In this document: piece by piece, positions 26,289 through 35,753 of the stretch
How the letters are laid out: every line of letters begins with the position of its first letter
Numbering within the stretch: the first letter of the stretch is position 1
Assembly: GCA_963696395.1 (NCBI GenBank)
Contig: CAVOJZ010000002.1
Location: 431,317 to 495,316 of the forward strand
Length of the DNA: 64,000 bases
Direction: 5' to 3'
Origin: an uncultured bacterium
Lineage (GTDB): Bacteria > Patescibacteriota > Minisyncoccia > UBA6257 > 2-01-FULL-56-20
Notes under the pieces: model-generated
Told to the model about the DNA's origin: nothing
The model's database searches: none
The model's input: only the letters and a program-made list of their open reading frames with translations
Translations under genes and position numbers: made by a program

Positions 26289-27224
26289 CTAAAAAAGCGG
26301 CGTTTGGGCGTTTTTTGGCTTCGGCTCCTTCTTTGGCTTTATCTCCTTCTTTTCCGGTTCGGCTTGCCCTAAAAGGCGCTTGATTAAAGTGCCAAATCCC
26401 ATCGTTTGAAAATAAAGCGCAATAGCGGAGGTCGCTTCGTGCGGCACCAATTCCGCCAATGGCGGAATTTCGATCGGAACGTGCCGTTCGAGCGTGACGA
26501 GCTCTTCGGAAAGTTCGGCCTCTTTTTTGAAAGCGCCGAACCGCGCAACGAGCTTTGGATCTTCATGGAGCTTTTCGAACATTTTTTTTACCGTTCCGAA
26601 ACGCTTAACAAGATCGACCGCCGTTTTCGGTCCAATCCCCGGCACTCCTTTGATATTGTCCGACGTGTCACCGACAAGCGCCTTGTAGTCAATCATTTGA
26701 TCCGGCGCGAGCCCATATTTTTCAATAACCGCTTTTTCGTTATAGATGGTTGTGTCGCTCACTCCTTTATTAAAAGTTTGCACGACAACGTGATCGCCTT
26801 CCACGATCTGTAACGTGTCACGGTCGCCGGTCAGGATAACCACCTGCACGTCTTTTTCTTTTTTAAAGGTTTCGGCGAATGTCGCGATAAGATCATCGGC
26901 TTCGTAGCCGGGCTTTTCAAATGTCTTCACATTAAAAACATTAAAAAGATTGTGGGCTTCTATGATCTGTGAAATAAGTTCGCTCGCTGCGGGCGGGCGT
27001 TGCGCTTTATACTCCTTATATTTCTCGTCGCGAAAGGTTGGTTCCGGCCGATCGAAGAGCGCCGCAACATAATCCGGCTTCTCCTCCCGCCATAATTTGA
27101 GCAGCACGCTCGCGATTCCGTAGATTGCGCCGCTCGGTGCACCGCCGGGCGCGGTGAGCGGCGGCAGAGCGTGAAACGATCGGTGAATGATTGAATTCGC
27201 GTCGATGAGCAAGAGGCGCTTCAT
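26289..27224 (-). CDS. 5'-3' exonuclease (Pol I N-terminal/FEN-like)
   Basis: LLLIDANSIIHRSFHA with downstream H3TH motifs. Confidence 0.8.
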   Translation of the reverse strand: MKRLLLIDANSIIHRSFHALPPLTAPGGAPSGAIYGIASVLLKLWREEKPDYVAALFDRPEPTFRDEKYKEYKAQRPPAASELISQIIEAHNLFNVFNVKTFEKPGYEADDLIATFAETFKKEKDVQVVILTGDRDTLQIVEGDHVVVQTFNKGVSDTTIYNEKAVIEKYGLAPDQMIDYKALVGDTSDNIKGVPGIGPKTAVDLVKRFGTVKKMFEKLHEDPKLVARFGAFKKEAELSEELVTLERHVPIEIPPLAELVPHEATSAIALYFQTMGFGTLIKRLLGQAEPEKKEIKPKKEPKPKNAQTPLF

Positions 27225-27688
27225 TATTTTTTAATAATTATTTTCCGTTCGTTCTCTTTCTCCCCGTGCAAGAACGAAACCCATGGTGTTTTTTTGGGGA
27301 TGACGCCTTTTATCCGCTCCGGCCATTCGATAAGAATAACATTCTGCGGATCACCAAAAATATCCCTGATGCCAAGAGTCTTCATCTGCGAAGCCTTCTT
27401 GAGCCGATAGGCGTCAATGTGGAAAACATTTTTAAACGGCCGCGCCGGAAGAGAAAGTACATGGCGCCGCATAATAATAAACGTGGGGCTTTGCGCCCGC
27501 TTTTTAAGACCGAGACCGCGCAAAAAACCCTGGACAAAGGTGGTCTTGCCCGCCCCAAGATCACCCCTGAGGGCGATTATTGCGGCGGCACCCTTTCGGC
27601 TCTGTCTGTGTTTTTTGATGACATCTAAAGCCAAGGCGTTACCGAGCGCCTGCGTTTGCTCCGCTGATAAACTGTGAAATGTCTTCAT
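27224..27688 (-). CDS. tsaE: tRNA t6A biosynthesis protein TsaE (YjeE)
   Basis: P-loop IIALRGDLGAGKTTFVQG. The start was placed at an internal Met. Confidence 0.7.
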   Translation of the reverse strand: MKTFHSLSAEQTQALGNALALDVIKKHRQSRKGAAAIIALRGDLGAGKTTFVQGFLRGLGLKKRAQSPTFIIMRRHVLSLPARPFKNVFHIDAYRLKKASQMKTLGIRDIFGDPQNVILIEWPERIKGVIPKKTPWVSFLHGEKENERKIIIKK

Positions 27689-28232
27689 TGTTGTGAATGA
27701 TATGCGCCGTGGCGGCTCCGAGCACCGCAACGAAGCCGATGAGCAAACTCAGAAATTGGAACGCTCCGGGCAACGGTTCGAGCGGAGTGCCGGGCAAAAA
27801 ATGATTGGCCGCCACCGCAGTATCAATCATTTCGTTTTTTGCTCCCGGCGTTGGATCTACAAAGGCGAAATGCTGCGTGTCTTCGCTCCCGTAATCCACA
27901 CGGGAAAAACTTTTTGCTATCGGCGCCGCTCCGACAAATGCCGCCTCATCAACCACGGCGCCATTCGAACCATATAACCATAATCCACCGTCGTTGTTTT
28001 TTAAAGAGATCTTTGCTTCCCCTTTTTTAATGACAAAATATCCTCCGGCTCCGATGCGACCATTCAAAAAGATTTTTTTTGCTTTTCCGCCGGTCCAGAG
28101 AGCCCAGCCGTTCAGGGAAACCGCCGAATCACCCATGTTTACGAGTTCGACAAATTCAATATTCCAGCCGCAATTCGTTTTGCAATTATCGTTGCCGGTT
28201 GGATTTGGAAGCCATTCGTTGATATAGACCAT
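27639..28232 (-). CDS. lamin-tail-domain (LTD) protein with C-terminal TM anchor
   Basis: INEWLPNPTGND...EFVELVNMG is the LTD signature. C-terminal hydrophobic helix FLSLLIGFVAVLGAA. Confidence 0.55.
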   Translation of the reverse strand: MVYINEWLPNPTGNDNCKTNCGWNIEFVELVNMGDSAVSLNGWALWTGGKAKKIFLNGRIGAGGYFVIKKGEAKISLKNNDGGLWLYGSNGAVVDEAAFVGAAPIAKSFSRVDYGSEDTQHFAFVDPTPGAKNEMIDTAVAANHFLPGTPLEPLPGAFQFLSLLIGFVAVLGAATAHIIHNNEDISQFISGANAGAR

Positions 28233-28295
28233 TAACCCACCCTACGCGGTTGGGATTAAATAATTATAAAAGGCGGCTCGTGCGCCGCATGAGGT

Positions 28296-29339
28296 TTAAA
28301 GCAGCTCCCCTTCGTCGCGAATCTTCAGATGCTTATATGCGGCGGGCAGAACCACGCGCCCCGCCGACGAGCGCTGGAGAAATCCAAGCGTCATTAAAAA
28401 CGGTTCGTAAATATCTTCGATAACGCCCTTATCTTCGGATAATGCCGCGGCGAGCGTGTTGATCCCGACAGGACCGCCGCGGAATTTTTCGATGATGGTC
28501 ATAAGAAGCCTCCTGTCTTGCGGTTCAAGGCCCACGTTATCGATTTCGAGCATCTCAAGGGTTTTTTGTGCTGCGGGAACGTCCACGACGGATGTGCCGT
28601 GTACCTCGGCAAAATCGCGGGCGCGCCGCAGGAGACGATTTGCAACGCGCGGGGTGCCGCGCGCGGCGCGCGACAAAACTTCAATCGCTTCGGGTGTTGC
28701 CGTGACGCCCAGAATGGTGGCTGACCGCGTTAATATTTTTTTAATATCCTCGAGGTCGTAATAATTCAACCTGAGCGTCGCGCCGAACCGCGACCGCAAC
28801 GGCTGGGACAGCAGGTTTTCGCGCGTGGTTGCAGCAATAAGCGTGAAGGGTGGCAAATCCAAGGACAACGTCCGCGCCGAAGGTCCCTTCCCGACGACAA
28901 GATGCAGCTTCCGCGATTCCATCGCTGGATAAAGCACTTCTTCAATCATCGGATTCACGCGATGCGCCTCATCGATGAAAAGAATTTCGCCGGGACTGAG
29001 GTTGGTGAGGATCGCGGCGAGGTCGCCTGTTTTTTCAAGCGCGGGTCCGGATGTTGTTTTGATAAGTCCGCCGAGTTCGCGGGCGACAAGATAAGCAAGC
29101 GTTGTTTTGCCAAGTCCGGCAGGTCCGGAAAATAACAAATGGTCAGCGACCTCTTTGCGCTTTTTTGCCGCCTCAAGAATAACCTTGAGATTGTCTTTGA
29201 TTTTCTGCTGACCGACATACTCGTCCCATTCGGTCGGCCGAAGGGTGAGGTCGATGTTCTGGTCTTCGTTTTGGGGATTTGCAGGGCTTTTTTTCATAAA
29301 AATCGGCACATTCCGCGGCCCTTCCCGGCTACTTGACAA
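28296..29339 (-). CDS. ruvB: Holliday junction DNA helicase RuvB
   Basis: LFSGPAGLGKTTLA with the RuvB winged-helix C-terminus. Confidence 0.9.
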   Translation of the reverse strand: MSSSREGPRNVPIFMKKSPANPQNEDQNIDLTLRPTEWDEYVGQQKIKDNLKVILEAAKKRKEVADHLLFSGPAGLGKTTLAYLVARELGGLIKTTSGPALEKTGDLAAILTNLSPGEILFIDEAHRVNPMIEEVLYPAMESRKLHLVVGKGPSARTLSLDLPPFTLIAATTRENLLSQPLRSRFGATLRLNYYDLEDIKKILTRSATILGVTATPEAIEVLSRAARGTPRVANRLLRRARDFAEVHGTSVVDVPAAQKTLEMLEIDNVGLEPQDRRLLMTIIEKFRGGPVGINTLAAALSEDKGVIEDIYEPFLMTLGFLQRSSAGRVVLPAAYKHLKIRDEGELL

Positions 29340-29549
29340 GAAATATATTGTATGCTATCATTTCTCTTGTTGATGAGTAGCTGATTTAAATCTGGGGGCG
29401 GGAATTATTTCTAAACCTTCCAGGACGAACCGGTTTCGGCTGGTTCTATCCTTTGAGTAATTCTAGTCCCTTTTGTCTTTCGATAAAAGGGTTTTTATCC
29501 TTTCGCGAGGAATTGCCCCCAGGTTTAAATTTACTACTCTTTCAAGCAG

Positions 29550-31235
29550 TCACCACTCAATTTCCCCTGTAACGCTCGACACCTCGTCGAGCGTTGTTGT
29601 TCCAAGAAGCACCTTCAGGATCCCGTCCTGCTGCATCGAAACCATCTCCTGTTTTTGCGCCACTTCGCGGAGAGACACCTCCGACGCTTCCTTTAAAATC
29701 GTTCTTTCAAGATCCGAACCGCCCTGTAAAAATTCAAAAATTCCAATCCTGCCCCGATAGCCCAGGCCATTGCACTGCGCGCAACCAACGGCCTTATATA
29801 GTTCATACGCCTGATATTGCTTTTTGTCTACCTTAGCAGGCAACCGGCTCAAGAAATTTTTTATTTTTTTATCGAGCGCGGGGTCGACCTCCGCCTTTAT
29901 CTTACATTCTTTGCATAAAACTCTTACAAGCCGCTGGGCGATAACAAGCGTCAACGCCGGTCCGATACTCACGGCCTTCACGCCCAAATTAATAAGCCGA
30001 GGCACGGCGCCCACGGCATCGTTTGTGTGTAATGTTGAAAGCACGAGGTGACCGGTCAACGCCGCCTGCAAAGCAATGTCCGCGGTTTCAAGATCGCGAA
30101 CCTCGCCGACGAGAATAACGTCGGGATCCTGTCGCACGATTGCCCGCAACCCGTTTGCAAAAGTATACCCGGATTGATCGGCGACCTGTGTCTGTTCGAT
30201 TCCCTCGATGCGATATTCGATTGGATCTTCAAGGGTGATAATTTTGATTTCCGGATTGTTGATGGTTCTCAAAAATGCGTAGAGTGTTGTCGTTTTCCCG
30301 GAGCCGGTCGGCCCGGTGTTTAAAATAAGCCCGTTTGGCCGGCCGAGCCCGTTTTTTACAATCTCAAGCGAGTCCGGTCGCAAGCCTAGTTCTGCAAGCC
30401 CGACCGTGGTCGCCGAAGGATCAAGAATTCTCATCACGATCGTTTCGCCGAACTCTGCCGGAATAACCGAGACGCGCATTTCCACTTCTTTTTCCCCGAG
30501 TGCAATGGTGAATCTCCCGTCCTGCGCAATATCTCGGATATTAATTTTCATCCCGGAAAGCAACTTGATGCGGGAAATAAAAGATTGATAGATCGGAAGC
30601 GGCAGGTCGTCGAAGATATCGTGCAGGATGCCGTCGATTCGAAAACGAATTTTTGCTTTTTTTTCTTCGGCCTCGGTATGAATATCGGACGCCCGCATTC
30701 CCATGGCGCCGGCGAGCATAACCTCGATGAGCGTCACCGGTGAAAGTTTTTTGATATCGCTCGCGGCAATTTCCTTGTGGATTGCGTCGAGCGTTGTGAG
30801 CCGGACCCGAAGCGCTTCCAGTCGCTCCTTTGCAATTTTTACCGTTCCCGTAATGACATCCGCCTCCGGCTTGATAAATTGATAAAAGTGCCACGCCGAC
30901 TCCAGGCTTGTGGGAGAAATAACAATAACCTTAACCTCATATTTTTTTGCCGCTAGATCGTCGATTAATTTTTTTGTCGCCGGAAGAGCTGGATTGACAG
31001 CACCGAGCGCCAGGCGGCTTCCCTTAATTTCTATCGCCGCCGCTTTTGCATTCCGGGAATCTTCTTCGGGAATAATGCGGACTGCATCAAGTGAGACCGG
31101 GGTTTTTGCAAGGTCGGTATAGGTGAGGCCCAGTTGTGTGGCGAGCCTCTCCGCGGCCCGCTCTTCGCCATCCCGGTGAAGCCTCTTCAGCCGCTCAAGC
31201 AATTCATTTGGCTGTAAATCGTGCATTGTTATCAT
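29550..31235 (-). CDS. pilB: type II secretion / type IV pilus assembly ATPase (GspE/PilB family)
   Basis: Walker A GPTGSGKTTT, Asp box, Walker B LVGEVRD and a tetracysteine motif CKEC...CAQC. Confidence 0.85.
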   Translation of the reverse strand: MITMHDLQPNELLERLKRLHRDGEERAAERLATQLGLTYTDLAKTPVSLDAVRIIPEEDSRNAKAAAIEIKGSRLALGAVNPALPATKKLIDDLAAKKYEVKVIVISPTSLESAWHFYQFIKPEADVITGTVKIAKERLEALRVRLTTLDAIHKEIAASDIKKLSPVTLIEVMLAGAMGMRASDIHTEAEEKKAKIRFRIDGILHDIFDDLPLPIYQSFISRIKLLSGMKINIRDIAQDGRFTIALGEKEVEMRVSVIPAEFGETIVMRILDPSATTVGLAELGLRPDSLEIVKNGLGRPNGLILNTGPTGSGKTTTLYAFLRTINNPEIKIITLEDPIEYRIEGIEQTQVADQSGYTFANGLRAIVRQDPDVILVGEVRDLETADIALQAALTGHLVLSTLHTNDAVGAVPRLINLGVKAVSIGPALTLVIAQRLVRVLCKECKIKAEVDPALDKKIKNFLSRLPAKVDKKQYQAYELYKAVGCAQCNGLGYRGRIGIFEFLQGGSDLERTILKEASEVSLREVAQKQEMVSMQQDGILKVLLGTTTLDEVSSVTGEIEW

Positions 31236-31269
31236 TGTAGCCCCAAAAGGGCACTATTTTCGAGTGGTA

Positions 31270-31299
31270 TTGACAAACTGGCAAGTTTTATGCTAAAAT
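31270..31299 (+). promoter_or_regulatory. sigma70-like promoter (TTGACA, 18-nt spacer, TAAAAT)
   Basis: Consensus -35 with a near-consensus -10, located about 65 nt upstream of the 31364 start. Confidence 0.45.
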
Positions 31300-31363
31300 A
31301 TATCTGTTCTTTGAAACATCGAATTCTATGGAAGGCGCCCCTTGCGGCGCGGAGGAAAAAGGT

Positions 31364-32080
31364 ATGAACGATCATTGCGCTAGCGCATGGAAGATTGTCC
31401 GCTTTCTGATCTTATTCACCGTTTCGTCTCCGGGCTTTCTGTCGATAGCGGCAGCCGGAAAAATCGTGCACTACGAAAAAGGCTCTCAAAAGGCATCACG
31501 TCCGGATTTCTCAAGAGCGGTTGTCTGCCTGGATATGCCAGGAGATTCTGTTCCGAGAATGTTGTCTCGTCTGAGAAGCCTCGGAGACGGCCCGCAAGAT
31601 TTTTCGGAACCAGGACAACCCTGCGACACGAGTGGTCCGTATATTCGAATTTATCCGATGGCTCAAAACCAAGGCGCGGTCAGCGGGGCGGGCTGGTCAT
31701 CGGGTTATGGATCTCGAGGCGGTTACTCCAGTTATGGATCCTTCTCTGGTAATCTCTACACGGTCCAGGTAAATGTTGATCTCGTGCGACCTGGCGATTC
31801 AACAATTACGCTTGGTTCCGCGCAAGTTACGACACAAGCCGGATATGGTAGCGAATCGATTTCCAGTTATGGCTGGCGTGGTGGCAGCACGTTTGCATCG
31901 CAGGGTGTGACGCCAGAGCGCGCAGCGCTCAAGTCAGCTCTTAATGCTTGCGGAATCCGCTTGTTCAATCACGGCAACTGGATCAAGAAAGCAATCCGTC
32001 AATTATGGTATTGCGACGTTACCATCACGTGGATCCCGGGCGCGAATGAAACCGTTCAAGTTGCCTATGCAAAGAAGTGA
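31364..32080 (+). CDS. secreted Gly/Ser/Tyr-rich protein, hypothetical
   Basis: Signal-peptide-like N-terminus (KIVRFLILFTVSSPGFLSIAAAG). GSGYGS... repeats. Flanked by its own promoter and terminator. Confidence 0.5.
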   Translation: MNDHCASAWKIVRFLILFTVSSPGFLSIAAAGKIVHYEKGSQKASRPDFSRAVVCLDMPGDSVPRMLSRLRSLGDGPQDFSEPGQPCDTSGPYIRIYPMAQNQGAVSGAGWSSGYGSRGGYSSYGSFSGNLYTVQVNVDLVRPGDSTITLGSAQVTTQAGYGSESISSYGWRGGSTFASQGVTPERAALKSALNACGIRLFNHGNWIKKAIRQLWYCDVTITWIPGANETVQVAYAKK

Positions 32081-32099
32081 TCTTGTTTTCCCTCCTGGA

Positions 32100-32143
32100 A
32101 CCCCGGGCGCACATGTTTCAATGTGCACCTGGGGCTTTTTTTT
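32100..32143 (+). terminator. rho-independent terminator
   Basis: CCCCGGGCGCACATG-TTTCA-ATGTGCACCTGGGG followed by T8. Confidence 0.6.
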
Positions 32144-32183
32144 ATTTGCGGCGGGGCTATAATGCAAGCAATATCAATTTATT

Positions 32184-32717
32184 ATGTCAGGACATTCGCA
32201 CTGGGCGGGAATTAAACACAAAAAAGAAATCACCGACCAGAAACGGGCCAAGGTTTTTTCGAAATTATTGAAAGCCATTTCCGCGGCGGCAAAAACCGAA
32301 CCGAATCCCGACTTCAATCCGCGCCTCAGAACTGCAATCGCAACGGCAAGAGCCGCAAGCGTACCGGCGGACAACATCGAACGAGCCGTCAAAAAAGCCG
32401 CCGAAACCGGAAATTTGGATGAGTTGCTTTTTGAAGCATATGGTCCCGGCGGCTCGGCCATCATCGTGGAGGCTCTATCCGACAGCCGGAATCGTACCGT
32501 GCAGGAAATTAAAACAATTCTTAAAGAGCACAACGGCAAGTGGGCGGAGTCCGGCAGCGTACAGTGGGCTTTTGAAAAGACCCACGACGGTTGGAACGCA
32601 AAGTTTCCGCAGGACGTTGCGGATGGCGACAAGGGTCAGGTTATAAAACTCCTCGAATCGCTCGAGGAAAACGACGACGTGCAGAATGTCTACACCAATG
32701 CGAACCTCAGCGACTGA
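32184..32717 (+). CDS. yebC: YebC/PmpR-family protein (short form)
   Basis: MSGHSHWAGIKHKK... The classical yebC-ruvC adjacency is present. Confidence 0.8.
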   Translation: MSGHSHWAGIKHKKEITDQKRAKVFSKLLKAISAAAKTEPNPDFNPRLRTAIATARAASVPADNIERAVKKAAETGNLDELLFEAYGPGGSAIIVEALSDSRNRTVQEIKTILKEHNGKWAESGSVQWAFEKTHDGWNAKFPQDVADGDKGQVIKLLESLEENDDVQNVYTNANLSD

Positions 32718-32758
32718 TTTTAATAGAAATTTAATGCGCCCTTTTGTAGTATAAAAAC

Positions 32759-33241
32759 ATGATTGCGATCGGCATTGATCCGGGAACACGCCGGGTTGGA
32801 TATGGCGTTATCCTCCAGGAGCAGAGCGAAGCAATCTTTGTTGCGGCCGGGATTCTCGAAATTAAAAGCATGGATGACGTCGGGGCTCTTTTTGAAATAA
32901 AGAAAGGCGTTGATGCACTCATTAACAAACACAAGCCGGACGTATTGGCGATTGAAAAACTTTTCTTCGCAAAGAACCAAAAAACTGCGCTTGCCGTTGC
33001 GCAAGCCCGCGGCGTGATATTGCTTGCGGCAAGAGAAAAAAACGTGCGCCTTAGGGAATATTCCCCGAATGAGGTTAAAATCGGCGTCACGGGTTATGGT
33101 GCGGCGGATAAAAAAGCGGTGCTCAAAATGGTCCAGCTTATCCTGAAACAACCGGGCATGAAGATGATTGATGACGCAAGTGATGCGCTTGCGCTTGCAA
33201 TCCTCGCGGCCGGGGACCGACTTATCCACACGAGCAATTGA
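32759..33241 (+). CDS. ruvC: Holliday junction resolvase RuvC
   Basis: MIAIGIDPGTRRVGYGV... is the RuvC catalytic N-terminus. Confidence 0.9.
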   Translation: MIAIGIDPGTRRVGYGVILQEQSEAIFVAAGILEIKSMDDVGALFEIKKGVDALINKHKPDVLAIEKLFFAKNQKTALAVAQARGVILLAAREKNVRLREYSPNEVKIGVTGYGAADKKAVLKMVQLILKQPGMKMIDDASDALALAILAAGDRLIHTSN

Positions 33242-33306
33242 CACACATCCATACTTCTCTATACTGATTCTAAAATTTATTGAAAGGTCGTTAATAATGG
33301 TTCACT

Positions 33307-33492
33307 ATGGCGACAGAATTATTTAAACTAACGCTCGCATTCCGTGGCTTGAGCGATGAAGACGCAGAAGAGCCGGGAGTTGAGGATCCTGACACGCTCG
33401 ACGACGAAGACGAGGATGAAGATGAGGAGGACGACGCCGACACGGCTACGGCTCCTCCGGATGACGACGCGGACTCAATGCTTGAGGGATAG
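33307..33492 (+). CDS. possible small, highly acidic protein (61 aa)
   Basis: ...DDEDEDEDEEDDAD... in an otherwise non-coding 344-bp gap. Could be spurious. Confidence 0.2.
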   Translation: MATELFKLTLAFRGLSDEDAEEPGVEDPDTLDDEDEDEDEEDDADTATAPPDDDADSMLEG

Positions 33493-33585
33493 CTTATTAC
33501 CTTTCAAAAAAACAATGCTTTTTAGGCGTTGTTTTTTTGTTCTTATCGAAAAAGCGAGGTAAAATAAGTATTAACACTTACGCAG

Positions 33586-35751
33586 ATGTACTCGTCCGAA
33601 AAACCAAAAAGGAGCGCCTGGATCCGCATTATCGAGATTGCGGCCATTGTTGTTGCGGGCGCCGGAGGCATTGTTATCCTCGCCCTGCTTTATTTCGCCG
33701 CCACGGTCCCCACGATTCAGGAGATCGCGAGTCAGCAGATCAGCCAGTCCACAAAAATCTATGACCGCACGGGAACGGTTCTGCTCTACCAAATCAGCAA
33801 CGGCCCCAGCCGAACGATTGTTCCGTTTGACCAAATTCCACAATCCCTCAAAGATGCCACCGTCGAGCTGGAGGATGAAAATTTTTATAACGAGCCTGCG
33901 TTCGACTGGAAGGGCACCCTCCGAGCGTTTCTCACGGACATCGTTCACCACTCATTCGTTGAAGGAGGGTCTACTATCACCCAACAGTTAACCCGCACGG
34001 CGTTTCTAACGCTCGACCAAACACTCACGAGAAAGCTCAAAGAATTTGTTTTGGCCGTAAAGCTGAATAATTATTATTCGAAAGACCAGATTCTCGATTT
34101 GTATTTGAACGAGGTCCCGTACGGTCCGAATATTTCCGGGGTTGAAACCGCAAGCGAGGCGTATTTTAATATTCCGATCACGCAAATTAATATTGCGCAG
34201 GCGGCCCTTCTCGCTTCGTTGCCGCAGGCACCTTCATATTATTCGCCATGGGGCACCCACACCGACGAACTTATTGCGCGCCAAAAATTTACCCTGCAAA
34301 AGATGTACGCGAGCGGCAAAATAACGAAGCAGCAACTCACCGACGCCTTGAATTATAAAATAACGTTCCAGCCCCAATCGGCGAGTGGTGTGGGCTCCGG
34401 GATTAAGGCTCCGCATTTTGTAATGGCTGTTGAACAATATCTTTACCAAAAATACGGCGAAGCGATGGTTGACCGTGGTGGATTGAAAGTTGTGACAACG
34501 TTGAACTGGGACATGCAACAGGCAGCCGAGGCGGCGGTCACCGCGGGAGTTGCCCGAGATAAACAGCTATACAACTCAAGCAACGGCGCCTTGGTTGCAC
34601 AGGATCCCACAACGGGCCAGGTGCTCGCACTCGTAGGATCGGCAAATTATTTCGACACCTCCAATGATGGCAACTTTGATGTGGCGACTCAGGGATTGCG
34701 CCAACCAGGATCCTCACTGAAGCCTTTCGTCTATATGACAGGCTTCCAAATTGGATACACGCCCGACACCATTCTGTTTGACGTGCCAACCGAATTCAGC
34801 ACCGATCCATCATGTCCGACGATACCAAATTTCGATAAAATAAATGCAAAGTGTTTTCACCCGCAGGATTTTGAAGGAACGTTCGCCGGCCCAATGACGG
34901 TGCGTGCGGCTCTCGCACAGTCGGTGAATGTGCCTGCTGTTGAAATGTTATATCTGGTCGGAGAACAAAACGCCCTTAAAAATGTTTCGAATTTTGGCGT
35001 CACCACCCTGAGCGATCCGAACCAATACGGTCTTTCGCTCGTGCTTGGAGGTGGAGCAGTACATCTTATCGATCTCACGGAAGCCTATTCGGTGCTTGCC
35101 GATGAGGGCGTAAAACATGCACAATCCATGGTTTTATCAGTGCAGGACGGCAACGGGAACACGCTTGAATCCTATGCCGATTCGACAAGCACGGTGGCCG
35201 ACGCGCAGTCGGTGCGTCTCGTAAACGATATCCTCTCCGACCCGAGCGCACGCGCCCCTCTCTTCGGCGGGAGCCAGAGCCTAACGGTTTTCCCCGGCTA
35301 TGACGTAGCGCTCAAAACGGGCACCTCAAACGACTTTCGTGATGCATGGGCAATGGGATACACTCCGTCGCTTGTGGTGGGCGTATGGGCCGGCAATAAC
35401 GACAACACGCCAATGACCCGACAGGGGTCCAGTATTTTGGCAGCCGTACCGATGTGGAGTGCCTTCCTCCAACAGGCACTCCCCATGGTTCCCAATGAAA
35501 CATTCACGCCGCCCGATCCTCCTTCAGAGCCAAAACCGATTCTCGCGGGCCAATCGGTTGTAAACGGGCAGATGCACACAATTTTATATTACGTAGTTAA
35601 AGACAATCCGACGGGTCCTCCGCCAGCAGATCCGAGCACGGATCCCCAATATCACAACTGGGAAACAGACCTCCAGGTTTGGCTTGCAGAAAATCCGCAG
35701 GTTTTCCAACCTGCGGCAGCCTCAAGCAGTGCAAGCAGCACTCAAGGGTAG
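33586..35751 (+). CDS. class A penicillin-binding protein (glycosyltransferase + transpeptidase)
   Basis: GT51 motifs (EDENFY, GGSTITQQL), SLKPF and KTG motifs, and an N-terminal TM. Confidence 0.85.
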   Translation: MYSSEKPKRSAWIRIIEIAAIVVAGAGGIVILALLYFAATVPTIQEIASQQISQSTKIYDRTGTVLLYQISNGPSRTIVPFDQIPQSLKDATVELEDENFYNEPAFDWKGTLRAFLTDIVHHSFVEGGSTITQQLTRTAFLTLDQTLTRKLKEFVLAVKLNNYYSKDQILDLYLNEVPYGPNISGVETASEAYFNIPITQINIAQAALLASLPQAPSYYSPWGTHTDELIARQKFTLQKMYASGKITKQQLTDALNYKITFQPQSASGVGSGIKAPHFVMAVEQYLYQKYGEAMVDRGGLKVVTTLNWDMQQAAEAAVTAGVARDKQLYNSSNGALVAQDPTTGQVLALVGSANYFDTSNDGNFDVATQGLRQPGSSLKPFVYMTGFQIGYTPDTILFDVPTEFSTDPSCPTIPNFDKINAKCFHPQDFEGTFAGPMTVRAALAQSVNVPAVEMLYLVGEQNALKNVSNFGVTTLSDPNQYGLSLVLGGGAVHLIDLTEAYSVLADEGVKHAQSMVLSVQDGNGNTLESYADSTSTVADAQSVRLVNDILSDPSARAPLFGGSQSLTVFPGYDVALKTGTSNDFRDAWAMGYTPSLVVGVWAGNNDNTPMTRQGSSILAAVPMWSAFLQQALPMVPNETFTPPDPPSEPKPILAGQSVVNGQMHTILYYVVKDNPTGPPPADPSTDPQYHNWETDLQVWLAENPQVFQPAAASSSASSTQG

Positions 35752-35753
35752 AT

